DNA of 64,000 nt from Takakia lepidozioides (Eukaryota > Plantae > Bryophyta). The stretch lies in contig CM060731.1 in NCBI GenBank assembly GCA_030704615.1, positions 4,712,001 to 4,776,000 on the forward strand, in the 5' to 3' direction. The number at the start of each line of letters is the position of its first letter. The stretch's first letter is position 1. Position numbers and translations under genes: made by a program. Under the pieces are notes generated by a model that had not been told where the DNA came from, made no database searches, and saw only the letters and a list, made by a program, of their open reading frames with translations. This document shows, one piece after another, positions 13,201 through 26,170 of the stretch.

Positions 13201-14518
13201 TTGCTTAGCTAACCATGCCTTGCTGATGTTGTTGTCTTGCACTTGAGCTGTTTTTGGACACTGGCTGGAACATCCACAAGGCGGCTCTGCTCGAGAGAGA
13301 AATCAGCTTGAATGCAGGGACAGATTTTGAGATCACAATCGCCACTCAGAACGTTGTTCTTTGCACCGGCATGGCATGTCAGCATGCATATCAGCCCAAA
13401 CTCATTACTCCGTGAGCCTTCCACTGCCGGAGTGTGCCCATTCAAGCCAGATCTTCGAAACGCAGGGATGGAACGGGGTTTTGAAACTAGCATTGCCTAA
13501 CTGGATACCCAATTCAGCTCCGCATCTTGGTCCATTAATCTGCTGCACATTGTGAAGTTTTCTGCCCGTTCACCGCAAGTTGAAGAAGGAGTATTCTTTA
13601 AAACACGGGTACTCATAATCTGAAAATGGCTCCAGCTTATGTTGCTTGAGTGCGAATATGAGTGTGGTTGGCTTGGCAGCTTTACATCTGGTCCATCCCC
13701 CTCGATATGATGAGCAGGTTCAGCTTGACTTCTCTCACACAAAAGACGCTGCCAAGATGGGGTTTGCTGCCCTAGATGACTTCTCGTCGTTGTTCTGGGC
13801 TGCAACATACAATTAATCTGGCCCATGGCGAGGGGCCTTGCCTTCCACCAATAATCTGTAAGTCCTGTGAAACTGTTTTTGTGGCAGTTTGTAAGCAGTG
13901 GGCAGCGATGGTGGGCTGTTGTAGGATTTGATGAATTCAATGCCGTGTACTGACAACAACCCCTCATCTCTTATGCAAGCATTCAACAAGCCAAGTTGAC
14001 TGCAGAGCATATTCAGCCCCCCACGTTTCTAGTTGCCTAATGTTCTTCATCTCCTGGGCAGAGCATTTTCCAGGGTCTCCATCTGTGATGACACACTATC
14101 TTCTCATGTGGTTCAGCTTCTGGTCTTGCTCTTGTTTGCACCACCCCAATGAAGGGCAGTTCCCACCTGCTTGATTCTCTCTATATGGTTGTCTTGGGTC
14201 TTGACAGGGTTTCCCACAAAGATGCAAAGCGCGGAGCCCGTCACTGTCCGAGCTCAGGACGAAGCAAAAGAACGCTGCGACTGGCACCCCATCCGAGTCT
14301 GTTTTGAGCCAGATATGTTTTGAAGTCCGGTTTCCATTCATGAATCTGTTGTTGTACTAAGATTTGGTGGGTATGTGGGTCCCCCACGCATGGTACACGA
14401 GGGGTGTTATACCAAACCCAGCCATCTCCGAATGCCTGAAATCCCGCGCATTTGGCCTCTTCTTCTGGTTTTCAACAGTACGGGTGGGTGTTTGTATGCG
14501 CAGGGAGCGGGGAACTCA

Positions 14519-15600
14519 ATGGCAGCCCGCATCGGGGCCCTGGAGAGGCTTGCGGCTCTCTCTGCGGAGCGGGAGAGGGGTATGGAAGCACAGCTGAAGA
14601 AGATAGTGGAACTCATGATGGGGCAAAAAGGGGGTGTGACGGGTGGCAGTATGGAAGACCCCCCTGCTGCAACCATTGTACCTGACAAGGAGGAAGTAAT
14701 TGTAGTGGGTAGGGATGTGACCGAGGTCTAGCCTGTTGTTGATGATATTCACAGTGGGGGGCAGAGTCCGCTCGTTGAAGGGGGAGAGGTCCAGCAAGTT
14801 GGTGGGGATGACATGGACGATGGGGGGGTCATTGCTGATGATGGGGGAAAAGGGGAAGCTGTAGGGGGAGAGGGTGGTAGTTTTCCTGGTCCAGGCTGCA
14901 GGGGGACCGAAACTTTGCCCTCTGGGGTGACTGTTGTCTCCCAACCCACTGAGGTGAGACCCCGTGACACCCCTTCAAAAGCTCATTTCATTGAAAAGTT
15001 GAAACTAATTGTTCTAGACCTGAACGGGATCCTGTGCCACTCTATTCCTAACTTTCAGCCCAACCCGAGGGGGTCATTGGCCATGGGTATTGACCACCAA
15101 CAAGTATGTTTTCCCAAGGCCCCAGGTCTGCGAGTTTTTAAACCTTCTATTCCGATATTTCTACGTTGGGATATGGTCATGTGCTACCAATGTTTCAAAC
15201 GATCCCAAGTTTAGCCCACTCTGGGATTTTATTGAGGACAACGGTTTTAAGAGTCTCAGATATGATGCTTCAAAATAAATTATTTTTGATCAATCCCATC
15301 TCACTCGAGCTATTGAATATTTTCATGGTTTCATGGTTTCATGGTTTCTCTTTTTCATTTCCTTGTAATCACACACGTGAAAGATATGGTACTCTCATTT
15401 TGACTCATTTTCAGTTGAATTCTTGACGCACATTCCGGGCAATCCCAAGACTCTGATACATGCCTTCATACGGGGACATGACTATATCTAGTGACCTCCA
15501 CTGTTCAGTGGAGGTTTGCATTCGTGCATTCCCGGATTTATGATTATGTCTCTTTGGCAAGTTCAAGGAGATGCTGACAACGTCATCGGTTCCTCAAGTC
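14519..15600 (+). pseudogene. NIF/FCP1-like HAD phosphatase domain gene remnant, copy 1, with a coiled-coil/acidic N-terminus
   Basis: KLIVLDLNGILCH at ~15002, then after a frameshift VFPRPQVCEFLNLLFRYFYVGIWSCA; premature TAG at 14729. Confidence 0.7.
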
Positions 15601-16829
15601 CCCTAAAGGAACCCTCCGGATCAGCTGTGAGTCGGAGTATTGAAGGCTTTCCGAGGGTACGATGGTGCTCAAATTGAGGATGGATCCTCTGTCAAACCCT
15701 TGTCCTCCCGGGAAGCGGGCGACACTCTTCTCCTCTCGGGTCCTCCTGGGGGTAAAGTCCAAGGTGCAGGTGAAGAACACAAATATCCCGGAGACTTTAT
15801 CGACCTTTCCCAACATTCCTCACCCTCCCTGTTCAATACGCAGGGTCTGGTCTATCCAACCGTCGGGGACTCGGCTACGGCTCCACTGCACCTGCTTCCG
15901 TCTCTTCCTCGCATATCTCCCCAGCACGAGGGTTGGACAGCCCAAATCTGCAGGAGTCAGGTGACTTAAACTCATTTCTCGCTCCTTGCTCATTCTCCTA
16001 GTTTCACTTAGTATGGGGTCTGATATTCATCTGTCGCTCTAGGTAAGAAAATCTGTAGATTATGACCTTCCTGTCAAACGACGTCTGCATTGGAATGCAG
16101 TTCCGAGGTAAATTATTCCTTCGTTGCGTTTTCATTCCATCCAGGATGTCGAGTGCTCAAGGGACAATTTTTTGTGCTTGCCTGTTGTTGCCCCTCTACT
16201 TCTCCCGTCGTTCAATGGCAAAACATCTCCAACATCGATACAGCGTGACCCTGAACTGCTCGCACAATGTTCTGCACCAAAGAGGCGAAAAAGAGCCCCC
16301 GAACCATTTCCTTCCTTTGCAGGGAATCATTCCAAAGGACAAAATGCTGACATGAAAAAAAGAGCAGACTCCAAACACTTGAGGACTCCCTCAGATGTTG
16401 TGGTGCCTCGTCAATCCAAGCCCACGGAATCCACTGTTCTTCTGTAAGACATTCCAATAAGGCTTCAATGGTACATTTCAAAACAATTTCTCCACTTTCG
16501 TTTGTTTTTCTGTCCCAAACTAACTCCGTAATTTCTATGCAAGCGAGTATGGAGCCACATAACTTCTTGAATGCGCCTCCCGACAAGGTGCATCCACTAA
16601 CCTCCACTAACCTCCACTTTACAGCCGACGTTCATCTTTTCGTGATCTCGAACTCTTCGATATATGGTCTACTCTTGGTCCTTTACAGTAGTCCATTGTC
16701 GGGACACTTATGTCTCTGAAAACGTAGAGGTCACTCTGAAACTAAGAAACACTACATCATATTGTTTCTGACGGCGGGAACACTTAAATTGCGCAGGATG
16801 GTATCGTCCATCAACCTTCATTTGCCACA

Positions 16830-17560
16830 TCGGAGAAGAAGATGCTGTTAATATTGAGTGTCAACGGTCTCCTTTGCTACCGGCCATCTCCAACCGGCGG
16901 TGAATTGTTTAAGGAGAGATTTCGTTTTAGGAAAGTTACAGTTCATGTTCCCGAAAGACCTTTTGTGGTTCCCCGGCCCGGAGTCTTGGAGTTTCTCAAC
17001 CTTGCGTTCATGCATTTTCACGTGGCGATCTGGTCATGTGCTGAAAAACATGTTCTTTGTAGGATGCTCGAGTGCTTAGTTCCTACGAAAACTGCGAAGA
17101 AGTTTTGCTTCATCTGGTCAGCTGAGGATTGCAAAGACACTACCGGTTACATCATGCCTGGGATAAAATATCTTGTTAAGGATATTCGCATTGTAAGGAT
17201 ATTTGCATTGTTCTTGCCAAGTACGCTGGTACACCCTTTGCAACTCAGGGACAAATACTCCTTGTTGATGATGAGCCATCAAAGGGCCTCCGAAACCCAC
17301 CAAATACTGGATTCTTCCCTATTTCATACAAGCCATCACCAAAGGGATTGGTTGACCAGGATGATATGACAAAAGCTGTGTGGCCATATATATTGAAAAT
17401 GGCTGCAGCTTCAACAGTCGTAGATTACATCAGCGAGAACCCTGCCAAGTGTTCTCGTAAGCCTATTGGTCGTGACTATGCCTATTGGGCTTAGTATGGA
17501 AGATATGTTGATCCTCGTGTTTGGATCCCACAACAAAAGGAACTTGATTACCTTGGTATG
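16830..17560 (+). pseudogene. NIF/FCP1-like HAD domain remnant, copy 2
   Basis: KKMLLILSVNGLLCYR...PRPGVLEFL...FHVAIWSCA...FIWSAEDC...LVKD; after a frameshift LLVDDEPSKGLRNPPNTG. Confidence 0.75.
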
Positions 17561-18234
17561 TACTTATCCCACTGTTTGTTGTTTATGGAGAATTTGATCT
17601 TGAAAGTGTCTTCCACTTGCACTTTTACTTTATCATTTTTTCTACAAATGTTCCACATTTCAGCTGACATTTGTCATATGAAAAATTGTTTTGCCTAGTC
17701 ACATTGAAGGAGCGAATTCGAAAAGAAGAAGAAGAGCTTCGTGATTGGCAAGAATGGCGGGCTTCCCGATAGGCTTCAAGGGCATCAAGAGATTCAACAA
17801 GTAGAGTTCCAAGTAACATTTTGGATGATAATGTTACTACTAGGTTTGAGTTCTCCGAAAGTATTTCCGTTTCATCTGGTGCGGAGACCGTTGCAAGTGG
17901 TTGTGGTAACCGGAGGCGTCTTCGAACACATGCCTTGATTGCGAGCCGTTTGGGAGGAGGCTCTGTAAAATTAATGGGTAGTATAAGCCGTTGTATGGCT
18001 TCGAGCCGCTGGATAAACATTAAGTCCAACGGATGTACAGTTGACGTTACATTATGTCTGACTACAACGCCAAAGTTGACAACTCTAATAAAATATGAAT
18101 GTTTATCATCAATGTATGCGGACATATTCTTTCATATCATCCTCTTCATCACATGCCATGATTGTTCTATATTTGGTTTTGTATGTCATCTGATATGGCA
18201 ACCATTTTTTGCAAAACGTTTTACATATCTGACC

Positions 18235-20070
18235 TCAGAAGTTGATTCTGGAGGTATGTTGCAGTCGCCACTACTTCTGCCCAGAAACGGTGGTCCAACC
18301 TCATGTGTTGCAACATACACCTCATCCTCTCAACAAGTGTTCAATTCTCCCTGCTGCTGAACTCCATTCTGTTCTGGCATATATAATGTGGTTGATTGTT
18401 TCACAATACCATTCTCCCTGCAGAACTGGTTAAAGTTCTTTGAGATGTACTCACCATCACCATCACACTGAAGAGCTTTGATCTTTTCTCCAGTTTGATT
18501 CTCCACCAAAGCTTTGAATGCCTTGAACCTATCAAGAACTCCAAACTTGTTTAAGATACACCTTGTGTCCCACGGAGAGTTCTTTGAAGGTTGAGAATGC
18601 TTCCTTCTGGAACGTCATGTGCTAAGATGCCCCTGAATCAATGAACCATGCATCTCTGCAACTCGTAGAGATTGACAAAGCTACAACAAGAAGTTCAGTC
18701 CTTTCAGCCAATGCTGAAACCTCATTTTGAAACCTCTTCTTCTTCTCATCGTTTAGTTTTTACTTGAAGCAGTCACGTGCATAGTGACCTCTCATGCCAC
18801 AAAAGAAACATGCTCCATGTTTCTTTTTCTTGATCTTAGTCCCTTTCTTTGCAAAATTAACCATTGCCTTCTGAGACTTTGAACTTCCTAAAGTCTTGAC
18901 ATTCAATGCCATTGAGCCTGACTTTACAAAGACATGATTCTCTCGTTTGCAGCATCTCTTATTGCAATAATTGTCTGTGTAACTAGGTCCATAGTCAGAC
19001 CACTAGTATGTGTACCAAGAGATACTACCAATGTTTGATATGAAGGTGACAAACTTCCAAGAAGAATAAATGCCAGATCTTCATCTGAAACTGGATGACC
19101 AATACTTGACAAATGATCACTAATGATTTGGAGCTTATCAATGTGATCTTGCACTGAGTTTCCTTTCTTCATCTTTAAGCTATATAACTCCTAGTTAAGA
19201 TATAGCCGATTGACAACATGCTTCTCTCAAATGACACAGAGATTATTCCATGCTTCTCTAGCGCGATTTTACATGTGCACATGATGAAGTAAAGAATCTG
19301 CCACATCAACAAAACTGGTTCCTTGAGAAACTTATCTTTCTTCGAAAAAAGTTGTTGCTCAGGAGTCAACCCTGCAGCTATGATCTCTCCATCTTTAGGT
19401 TATAGTTGAACTGGTGCAACCGCTTCTCCTGATGTGATCTCCCACAGATCTTTTTCATGAAGAATGAACTCCATCTTAATCTTCCATGTATGAAAATTGT
19501 GACCATCTAACTTCTCCACTCGGATATGATTAGCAGAAGGTGCCATGATGCTAGTTTGATGTTTTGCCAACTATAAAACATCCTCAAACTTTCAGATCTA
19601 ACTCCAAGCACTCAAACTTTCAGGAGATCTGACACCAAGCACTCAAGCCTATGGGTTGTAAATCAAATACTCATCTCCTATTATCTCAACCAAGCTCTGA
19701 TACCATGTTGGAATTCGACAGAGAATAGAGATAAAAGATGAACTAATTATTGAGAACCCCCCACCAAACCATAGGACCACAACAAGTTGTGTCCACCCTC
19801 CGAGCTCTCCCTATTTATACTCAAAGTCTAATCCAGAATAGCGAGATAACTATAGCATAAACTCTATGCTTTTACTAAGTTATCTCACTGCTATTCTAGT
19901 ACAATGACTTGAGTCACTAATAACTGAAGCTAACTTTAGCTATCTTTTAGCTAATTGAGGCTTATCTCTATTGTTAACTGTGACTTGTCAGCACTGCTAT
20001 TATGGAAGCCTGACTTGTCATCACAGTAACTCTAGGTAGTAGTAACTTGGTCAGGAGTTGATTTCCAACA
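18235..20070 (-). mobile_element. Ty1/Copia LTR retrotransposon, 5' half only, internally deleted
   Basis: LTR 19706-20070; PBS TGGTATCAGAGC (tRNA-iMet) at 19694-19705; gag from ATG 19546 (VEKLDGHNFHTWKIKM); zinc knuckle CFFCGMRGHYARDC; protease WFIDSGAS; integrase pieces ENQTGEKIKAL and FWAEVVATATYL; no RT or 3' LTR. Confidence 0.93.
19706..20070 (-). repeat. Copia 5' LTR (365 bp)
   Basis: Terminal inverted repeat TGTTGGAA...TTCCAACA, adjoining the PBS. Confidence 0.9.
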
Positions 20071-21407
20071 AAATTTGGGCTGTAGACCGGACAGTCTTTG
20101 TATCTAGATTCATTATATAATGCGACGTGAACATAGGTACAGATACAAAATAAGAATTGAACGCATGAGTCCCTCCATTGGGTGGGTGACTCACCAGTTC
20201 GTAGGCTATGGTTCGATAGGGATGTGTATTTAGAGTTGAGCCCAGAACCACATGGTGTGAAAGTTTGGGGCTTTACCACATCCCCTAATTGTTCCCACAT
20301 GAAGACATGTCATAATGAGCATATGAGGTTGCTGTGTAGCAGTTGGGAACATGTTCTTTAAGAGCCCGGCATGTTCCCATTGCTGCAGCCTATTCTACTC
20401 CTTGATGATAAATAATAAGTAATATATCAAAGTTAAATGGACTGACTTGAACTTGACAGCACAGTTATCGTGTAGGTGGATGAAACGTTATGAGATGGAT
20501 GGAGCATTCCTGGTAGATGCTGGTGCAGTGTCACGAAATAAACGGCGTCTAAAACTTACCGTGTGGGCCCAACTTTTCCCTACTCTCGTTACTTCACCTT
20601 CCCGGGATATTAGTAATCCGCGACGTCAGGTAATATCGCTCCATCCCTAAAGTTACACGGTTTCCAAGTTCCAACACCGAGAAAAATCAGTCAGCGTCCG
20701 TCCGGGTAGCTAGGCTATACAGGCTACCTATACAGATGTGGACAGGCTATGCAGACGGCTGTTGTCGGTGGTCGCCCGACAGACTGTTTGATTTGATGAA
20801 GTGGGGGGTGTCGTCAGCGAGGGTGCAAACCGGAGATGTTTTACAGCTAACCGGCAGTTGGATCCCGGGAAGACTTTGCAGGGCCCGCGTAGCGTGGCAC
20901 CCAAGCAAGCGGCGCTGCCACGCGGCACGGCCACAGGGTGTATCGGTACCCGGACGGCTCCTGCATGCACCGCGCGGCCCAGGAGGCGCCGTCCTCGGCT
21001 GCCTACGGGTTGACCTGCCGATCCCCGGCTGGCGACCGGGTCGCCGGTGGCCGTTCTGCTCCCGACCGTACCGCAACTTGGCCTTTGTGGCGTCGGAGGT
21101 CAGAATATGTCGTGCGCAGCGGATGAACGTACCTCTGTTGACAGCTGCCTCTCGCCAACCGACTGCCGTTTGACGGTTGACCACTAACTCGATCGGTGAC
21201 ATTCATCCCATGTAGCAGGTCATTAATGCAGCCTGCGCGGCTTGTCCGTTGAAAAGTAGAGACTTTGTGATGCTGGACGATGGCATCCATCAATGCACCG
21301 TCAGGCTGGATGAAATGTACAGTGTATCAAAAATAATATCACATCCATACCGCTGTTTGCTATCACCTGCTATTTTGTAGTTAAAATTACGTTTCTTAAA
21401 TGACCGA

Positions 21408-21481
21408 ACCTGTCGGTAGCTCAGTCGACGGTGCACTGACTGCCACTCGAGCGAGACTGGTTCAAATCCTATGACCAGTTG
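21408..21481 (+). other. Degenerate tRNA-Gly(GCC)-like sequence, probable SINE/Pol III head
   Basis: A-box TAGCTCAGTCG, CTGCCAC anticodon-type loop, B-box GGTTCAAATCC; T and acceptor stems pair poorly. Confidence 0.55.
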
Positions 21482-23559
21482 TGATTGCCCCATGTGCTCT
21501 TGGCACTGCCGTTCTCACACGTATTATTACAACTTCTTCTTATATTTAGAAAGAAAATAGAGCATTGCGTGCCACCTGGGTGCTACTGGGTTCAAATCCT
21601 ACTGATACCTAGGGGGCCTATGGTCATATGTGGTCTAGCTTCCTTCCGCGTTAGTTTGAAAGACTTGTTTTTCCTCTTAATTGGGAGCAAGATGGCCGGA
21701 GTACGTTCGGTACTGGTGGTATCCTACCCACCTTACCAAGGGTTTCCGGGATTACGACCAGGGTGAGTGACAGGGACCTTCGACATCCATTTTCACCTTT
21801 ACGGCTCTTGCCAAATAAAGATTCATTAATGATCAGTCGTTGGACAATCGCCACTGCACTGCTTTGCGAAAAAATATGAAGCCTACTTTCGCCTCCCACA
21901 TCGAAGACAAGCGCACAATTCTCAAATATGTAGCGCATGAACTTTCGGTAAATAGTTGCAAAGATGTAGCAGTGTTTTCATATACCTGGACCCGGTTACG
22001 CGCTCCCGACGGGGGGGCGTGTCGGTAGCGCGCGGCCGCCATACGAATGGGGTGGAGATCACGCTGCCAGGCCGCGTCCAGGCCACCGGCTACTCTCGGA
22101 TCGGGTACCCGGGTGTGAAACACCGGCCTGCCGTACGCCAGACTTCCAACCCTAATATCGGCACCCGAAACATGGAGAAAAGCCGACAGGGTAGGGAACA
22201 TTCCAGCTCTGGGGTCCGATGGAGCGCTCAGCCGCCGCCACGTTTCCCAGGCCTCCATACAACGCCAGACCTAATGCCGACGCCCGCTGCCCGGGCTTCG
22301 CATGGGGGTCACGCTTAGGGGGATGCAATGAAGCTTTCAAAAGATTTCTGGCGGGATTCCAAAAACCTGGTACAATATTCGTACGATAATAGTCCCTAGC
22401 CCGATACAGTATTCCATATCCCGGGACATATCTTTCCACAGAGGCTCTTTCGAACCGTATGGAAACAACATAGTCCCAGGATCATTGTATGTATATGCTT
22501 GGGTGTTCTAGAATATATGGTTCTAGGAAAGTTGGGAGTGTACGGGCTATGCTCGGTATGAAGTATGATGTAACAGTTAACTTCAAGTAGACAAGTAGAA
22601 TATTGCTGTCGTTGTTGCGGTAAGTAGTATGTTGTTGTGCTTTGTGTATCTTTCTCCCGCGTATAAGATTTAGTATCTTACCATGTGGGTGGTGGAATGT
22701 GCACGCTGAGCAATTGAAAAGGCTATCGACCATAGTATAGACACGTGGAAGAGGTTCTTATTTACAGTGGCTTTGGACGGCGTCATCTTTCTTCCTCTCT
22801 CATCTCTCTCTTTCTCTCTCTCTCCATATATGACCGAACTTTCTAGACCCAAATAACGTTATTGCGAGCATGTATACATATTTTGGTCCCATACGTTTCT
22901 ATAGAAAATCCCGGTAAAATATTGTCGACGTGGGATGGAATATCGTCCTGTGCTTTGGAATCTTATAAAGTATGGCTGCCTTATAAGCCATTTCGTAGCC
23001 GCTAGCCTATCCCCCCGCACGCCACATGCACGCTGGACCGCGCACGGGTCCGCCTCTCTATTTCGCGGGTCCCTTTCCAGCTCCTGCCCGACATGCTTGT
23101 CCCCCTCTTCGTGGCCTGAAGGGGTGAGCCGTGGGGTTTTTGCCTGGCGGATCAGCGGCCACGGCTGCGAAGGGAAGGGTTGAAATGCGATGAGAAAGGG
23201 TGAAGATAAGCATGTGATGTTGTGGAATTGAAAAGGAGAAAAAGCGGGCGCGTAAGAACCGTAGTCCAGGCGCACAGCCCAAAGAGAAGAAAATCGGGTC
23301 CGCGCACGGGAGTTCCCCCGGTGGTCCCGGTTGACAGTAGGCGTCACGGGGGGGGAGAGCAAGGGGGGAAGGGAGAAGCAAGCACGGGTGATAAGGGTGT
23401 ATGGTGATATTGAAAAAAGGGAAAGCACGGGTGACTAAGCCGGTGATTGGCGTGCAAGTAGTGGCGGGTAAAAAAAAGGAGGATGGCTTCTCCGAGACTA
23501 CTCTTTGCGCGCTCTTATTTTCAGTCTTCCCCGAAGCTGCTTCGTCTCTCTCCTGCGGT

Positions 23560-23598
23560 CTCTGTCTCTCTCTCTCTCTCTCTCTCCTGGTATAAAAC
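23560..23598 (+). promoter_or_regulatory. (CT)n tract followed by TATAAAA; possible core promoter of the NAC gene with a long, intron-containing leader
   Basis: CT microsatellite at ~23566-23586 and TATAAAA at 23591; link to the NAC gene is unproven. Confidence 0.3.
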
Positions 23599-26170
23599 TA
23601 ACTTCATGCTTTGTAGGTGCTCTGATCGCCACTCTTCGGTACCTATTCTCTGGATGTGAGAGAGCTTCTTATTCCATCGCTCTTCAGCGTTTATACTGCC
23701 TTGCGCTCTTCCATAGTGGTCTCCTCCTTGCTGGTGTCTGTGTTTGTCCTTTTGAGCCGAAGTTGTGGTCGGGTACTTTCTATCGTTCCAAACTGTTTTT
23801 CTCAGTGTTCTCACTCCATTAGAGTATTCTGTTGTATCGGGGCTTGTTTTTGTGTCTTTATCTGTGAATGTTGGAGGTTGCTTCCTGCTTACTCCACCTA
23901 AAGTTGTCTTTTTCAGAATCTGGCTCCTGCACTCTTGGCCTTGTCCTTGAGCCGCTTGCTTCAGTACGCTCGTCCCTGTTGTTGCTTTGAAGGGAAAGAC
24001 CTTAACAAATTGAATGCATATGACCAGCCCCTCCGTCATCCTTGTTTGTGCCAAGCATCTTTCCTTGACAGCTTCTTCTGTCTTTCTGACTTCAGTCCGT
24101 CGGACACCCACTCGCACATTTAAGTTTCACACTTACAGAAGTACTGTGATCTGAGAGAGAGGAACTGTGACAGGAATACAGTGCGTGTGACACGATCAAA
24201 GTTCAATCAGTGGTACACTCGAGAGAAAAGGTTTGCAACAACCTCACCATTTGATTCCCTCTCCTTGTGAAATATATTAGATTGGAATTGGGAGTACTTA
24301 CTCATTTTGGATTGCCGACCTCATACACCAAAGAATCCTCACTCTGTACACTAGGAAACCAAGCCGTGGAGATCCTCTTTTTAGTATCTGTTGCTAATCC
24401 CTGGATTTGAACTTAATGAGTATGGATGCGGAAAATCCTTAGCAGGCAATAGTACATGATGATGGCGCTCGAGGCATCATTTTTTCTCGAATTTCAGTCA
24501 TTTATTGAGGTCGGAAAAGTTCCAATGCGCTATGTACAATTCCACAACGCTCAGAAAGGCAAGCGCTTAAATCGCTGCAAGTGTACTAGAGTGCTGTTCA
24601 CGAGCACTCAACGAGAGCCTCCACATTCAGGCTTATGTACATATTGCTGCCTGCTTTATAAGCGAACAGTGAGAACGTAGTCACTTTTTTTGACAGGCCT
24701 GCATAAATGCAGAGTTATTTCAGTGCGGTTACAGTGGTTATCTTTCCCTTGTGGACAGAGGTAGAGAATTCGACAACCACAACCCCTGCCAGAAAAGCTT
24801 TTTCCCTTTCTGGAGATCTCAGATTGATGATCTGACATCCTTCTCAAGGACCATGCGGAACCTGTCTAAGATGAGCCTGTCAAGGCTTTGGCGCAATTTG
24901 GATCCTAATCTTGAACCAGATTTGGCGACCCTGTCAACCCTCAGATTCTGATCATCGTTTCAAAATGAAGTTCAGAACCTCGTTCAGAACTTCCTATCTT
25001 CCCTTTAAACATAACTCGAAATATATCTCCAGCTTACATTACAATTTGAAGTCTGCATTGGGAAAGTCCGCTGAGTAAATGTAAAGAAATTGATCAGACT
25101 TCGCGCGTATAGATCTACGAAGGATACATCGTACTCAGGAGGAGCTGTAAGATAAGTCTGACCGAATGGTTTTGCTCTAGCGTGATGCAGCATGCTTCGT
25201 TTCTACATAAGAAATTGGAAGGTGATCATACTTTCCGAATTTCTTGGGGAGACTAGTTCAGAGAGCTAACAGATACTTTCACTAGACGTCGGGTATCGCC
25301 CTAGACGCTTCAGGAATCCCCTTTGATAGAGGAAGTCCGGTAGACCCGAGCTTTTCAGGTTTCTGGGTGTGCTGGTGAGATGATGATAACTTTAGCAAAT
25401 CCAGGTGCTGTTCAACCTCCTGAATTGATTGCCACAAGCAGGTTTCCTTCCTGAGGCGTTTCACACTTACCGAAGGAGAGAATGCTGGCTTGAAGTGGGT
25501 GTCCGATTGGATGCAGCTTCGTCCAGCAGAGACAAACGGATCCAGGGAGAGGAAAACCACGCCAGATTATATTATACGCTCTACATACATTTTGTGGACC
25601 GTGACTGCAGGTCACCCTCGTTTTAATCTAGCACATGATCTATGTAACGGTCACTGGCTGCATTCTGAATCATTCGGCCATCCAGCCTCATATTTAGTGG
25701 TGTGCGACTGTCCCTAGGAGCTCTCTTTCCAACATGTATCGAACTTGAAGAGCTTCAAGATTGGTCCAAAAGATAGGCGCAATTGTACCAATGGATCACA
25801 CATGGTGCGGACAGTCCCTCTCCCATTTGCAGAAGAATTTTCTTTGTTCTATGTGACAGAGGAGGACTTCAGCACTTTCGAACGACTTTGAACAGACTCG
25901 ACAAAGCATGTGACCCAGAAGTATGGATTGCCTTCTGCTGATCTGCAGCAGGGTACCTGAACGATGTGGACCCTCAAATTAGAGTTTAGAGGTAAAACCT
26001 AGAGAGATGGAAGAAGGATAATCTGAGCTCTGAGTTGCTTTCATTGCATCTCCTCACCAAGTTCCAGAGGAAAGGAGACATCTCATGCCTTGCTGGTCAT
26101 GTTTTGTGGTTTGTCGACTAAACAGATGCGTTGTACTTGTGGGCAGAGCCTTCACGCAAGGTCAAGTAAG

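Noticed and set aside
13210-14340. Possible additional captured gene fragment
   Set aside because: No recognisable motif in any frame
20336-20388. miRNA precursor (TGGGAACATG/CATGTTCCCA hairpin)
   Set aside because: Stem too short for a 21-nt duplex and no known miRNA sequence recognised
21408-21481. Functional tRNA-Gly gene
   Set aside because: T-arm and acceptor stem pair poorly and the D-loop GG is displaced; kept only as a tRNA-derived remnant
22859-25717. Numerous 60-200 aa ORFs upstream of the NAC gene
   Set aside because: Low-complexity or compositionally random translations with no motif; consistent with promoter, leader or intron sequence
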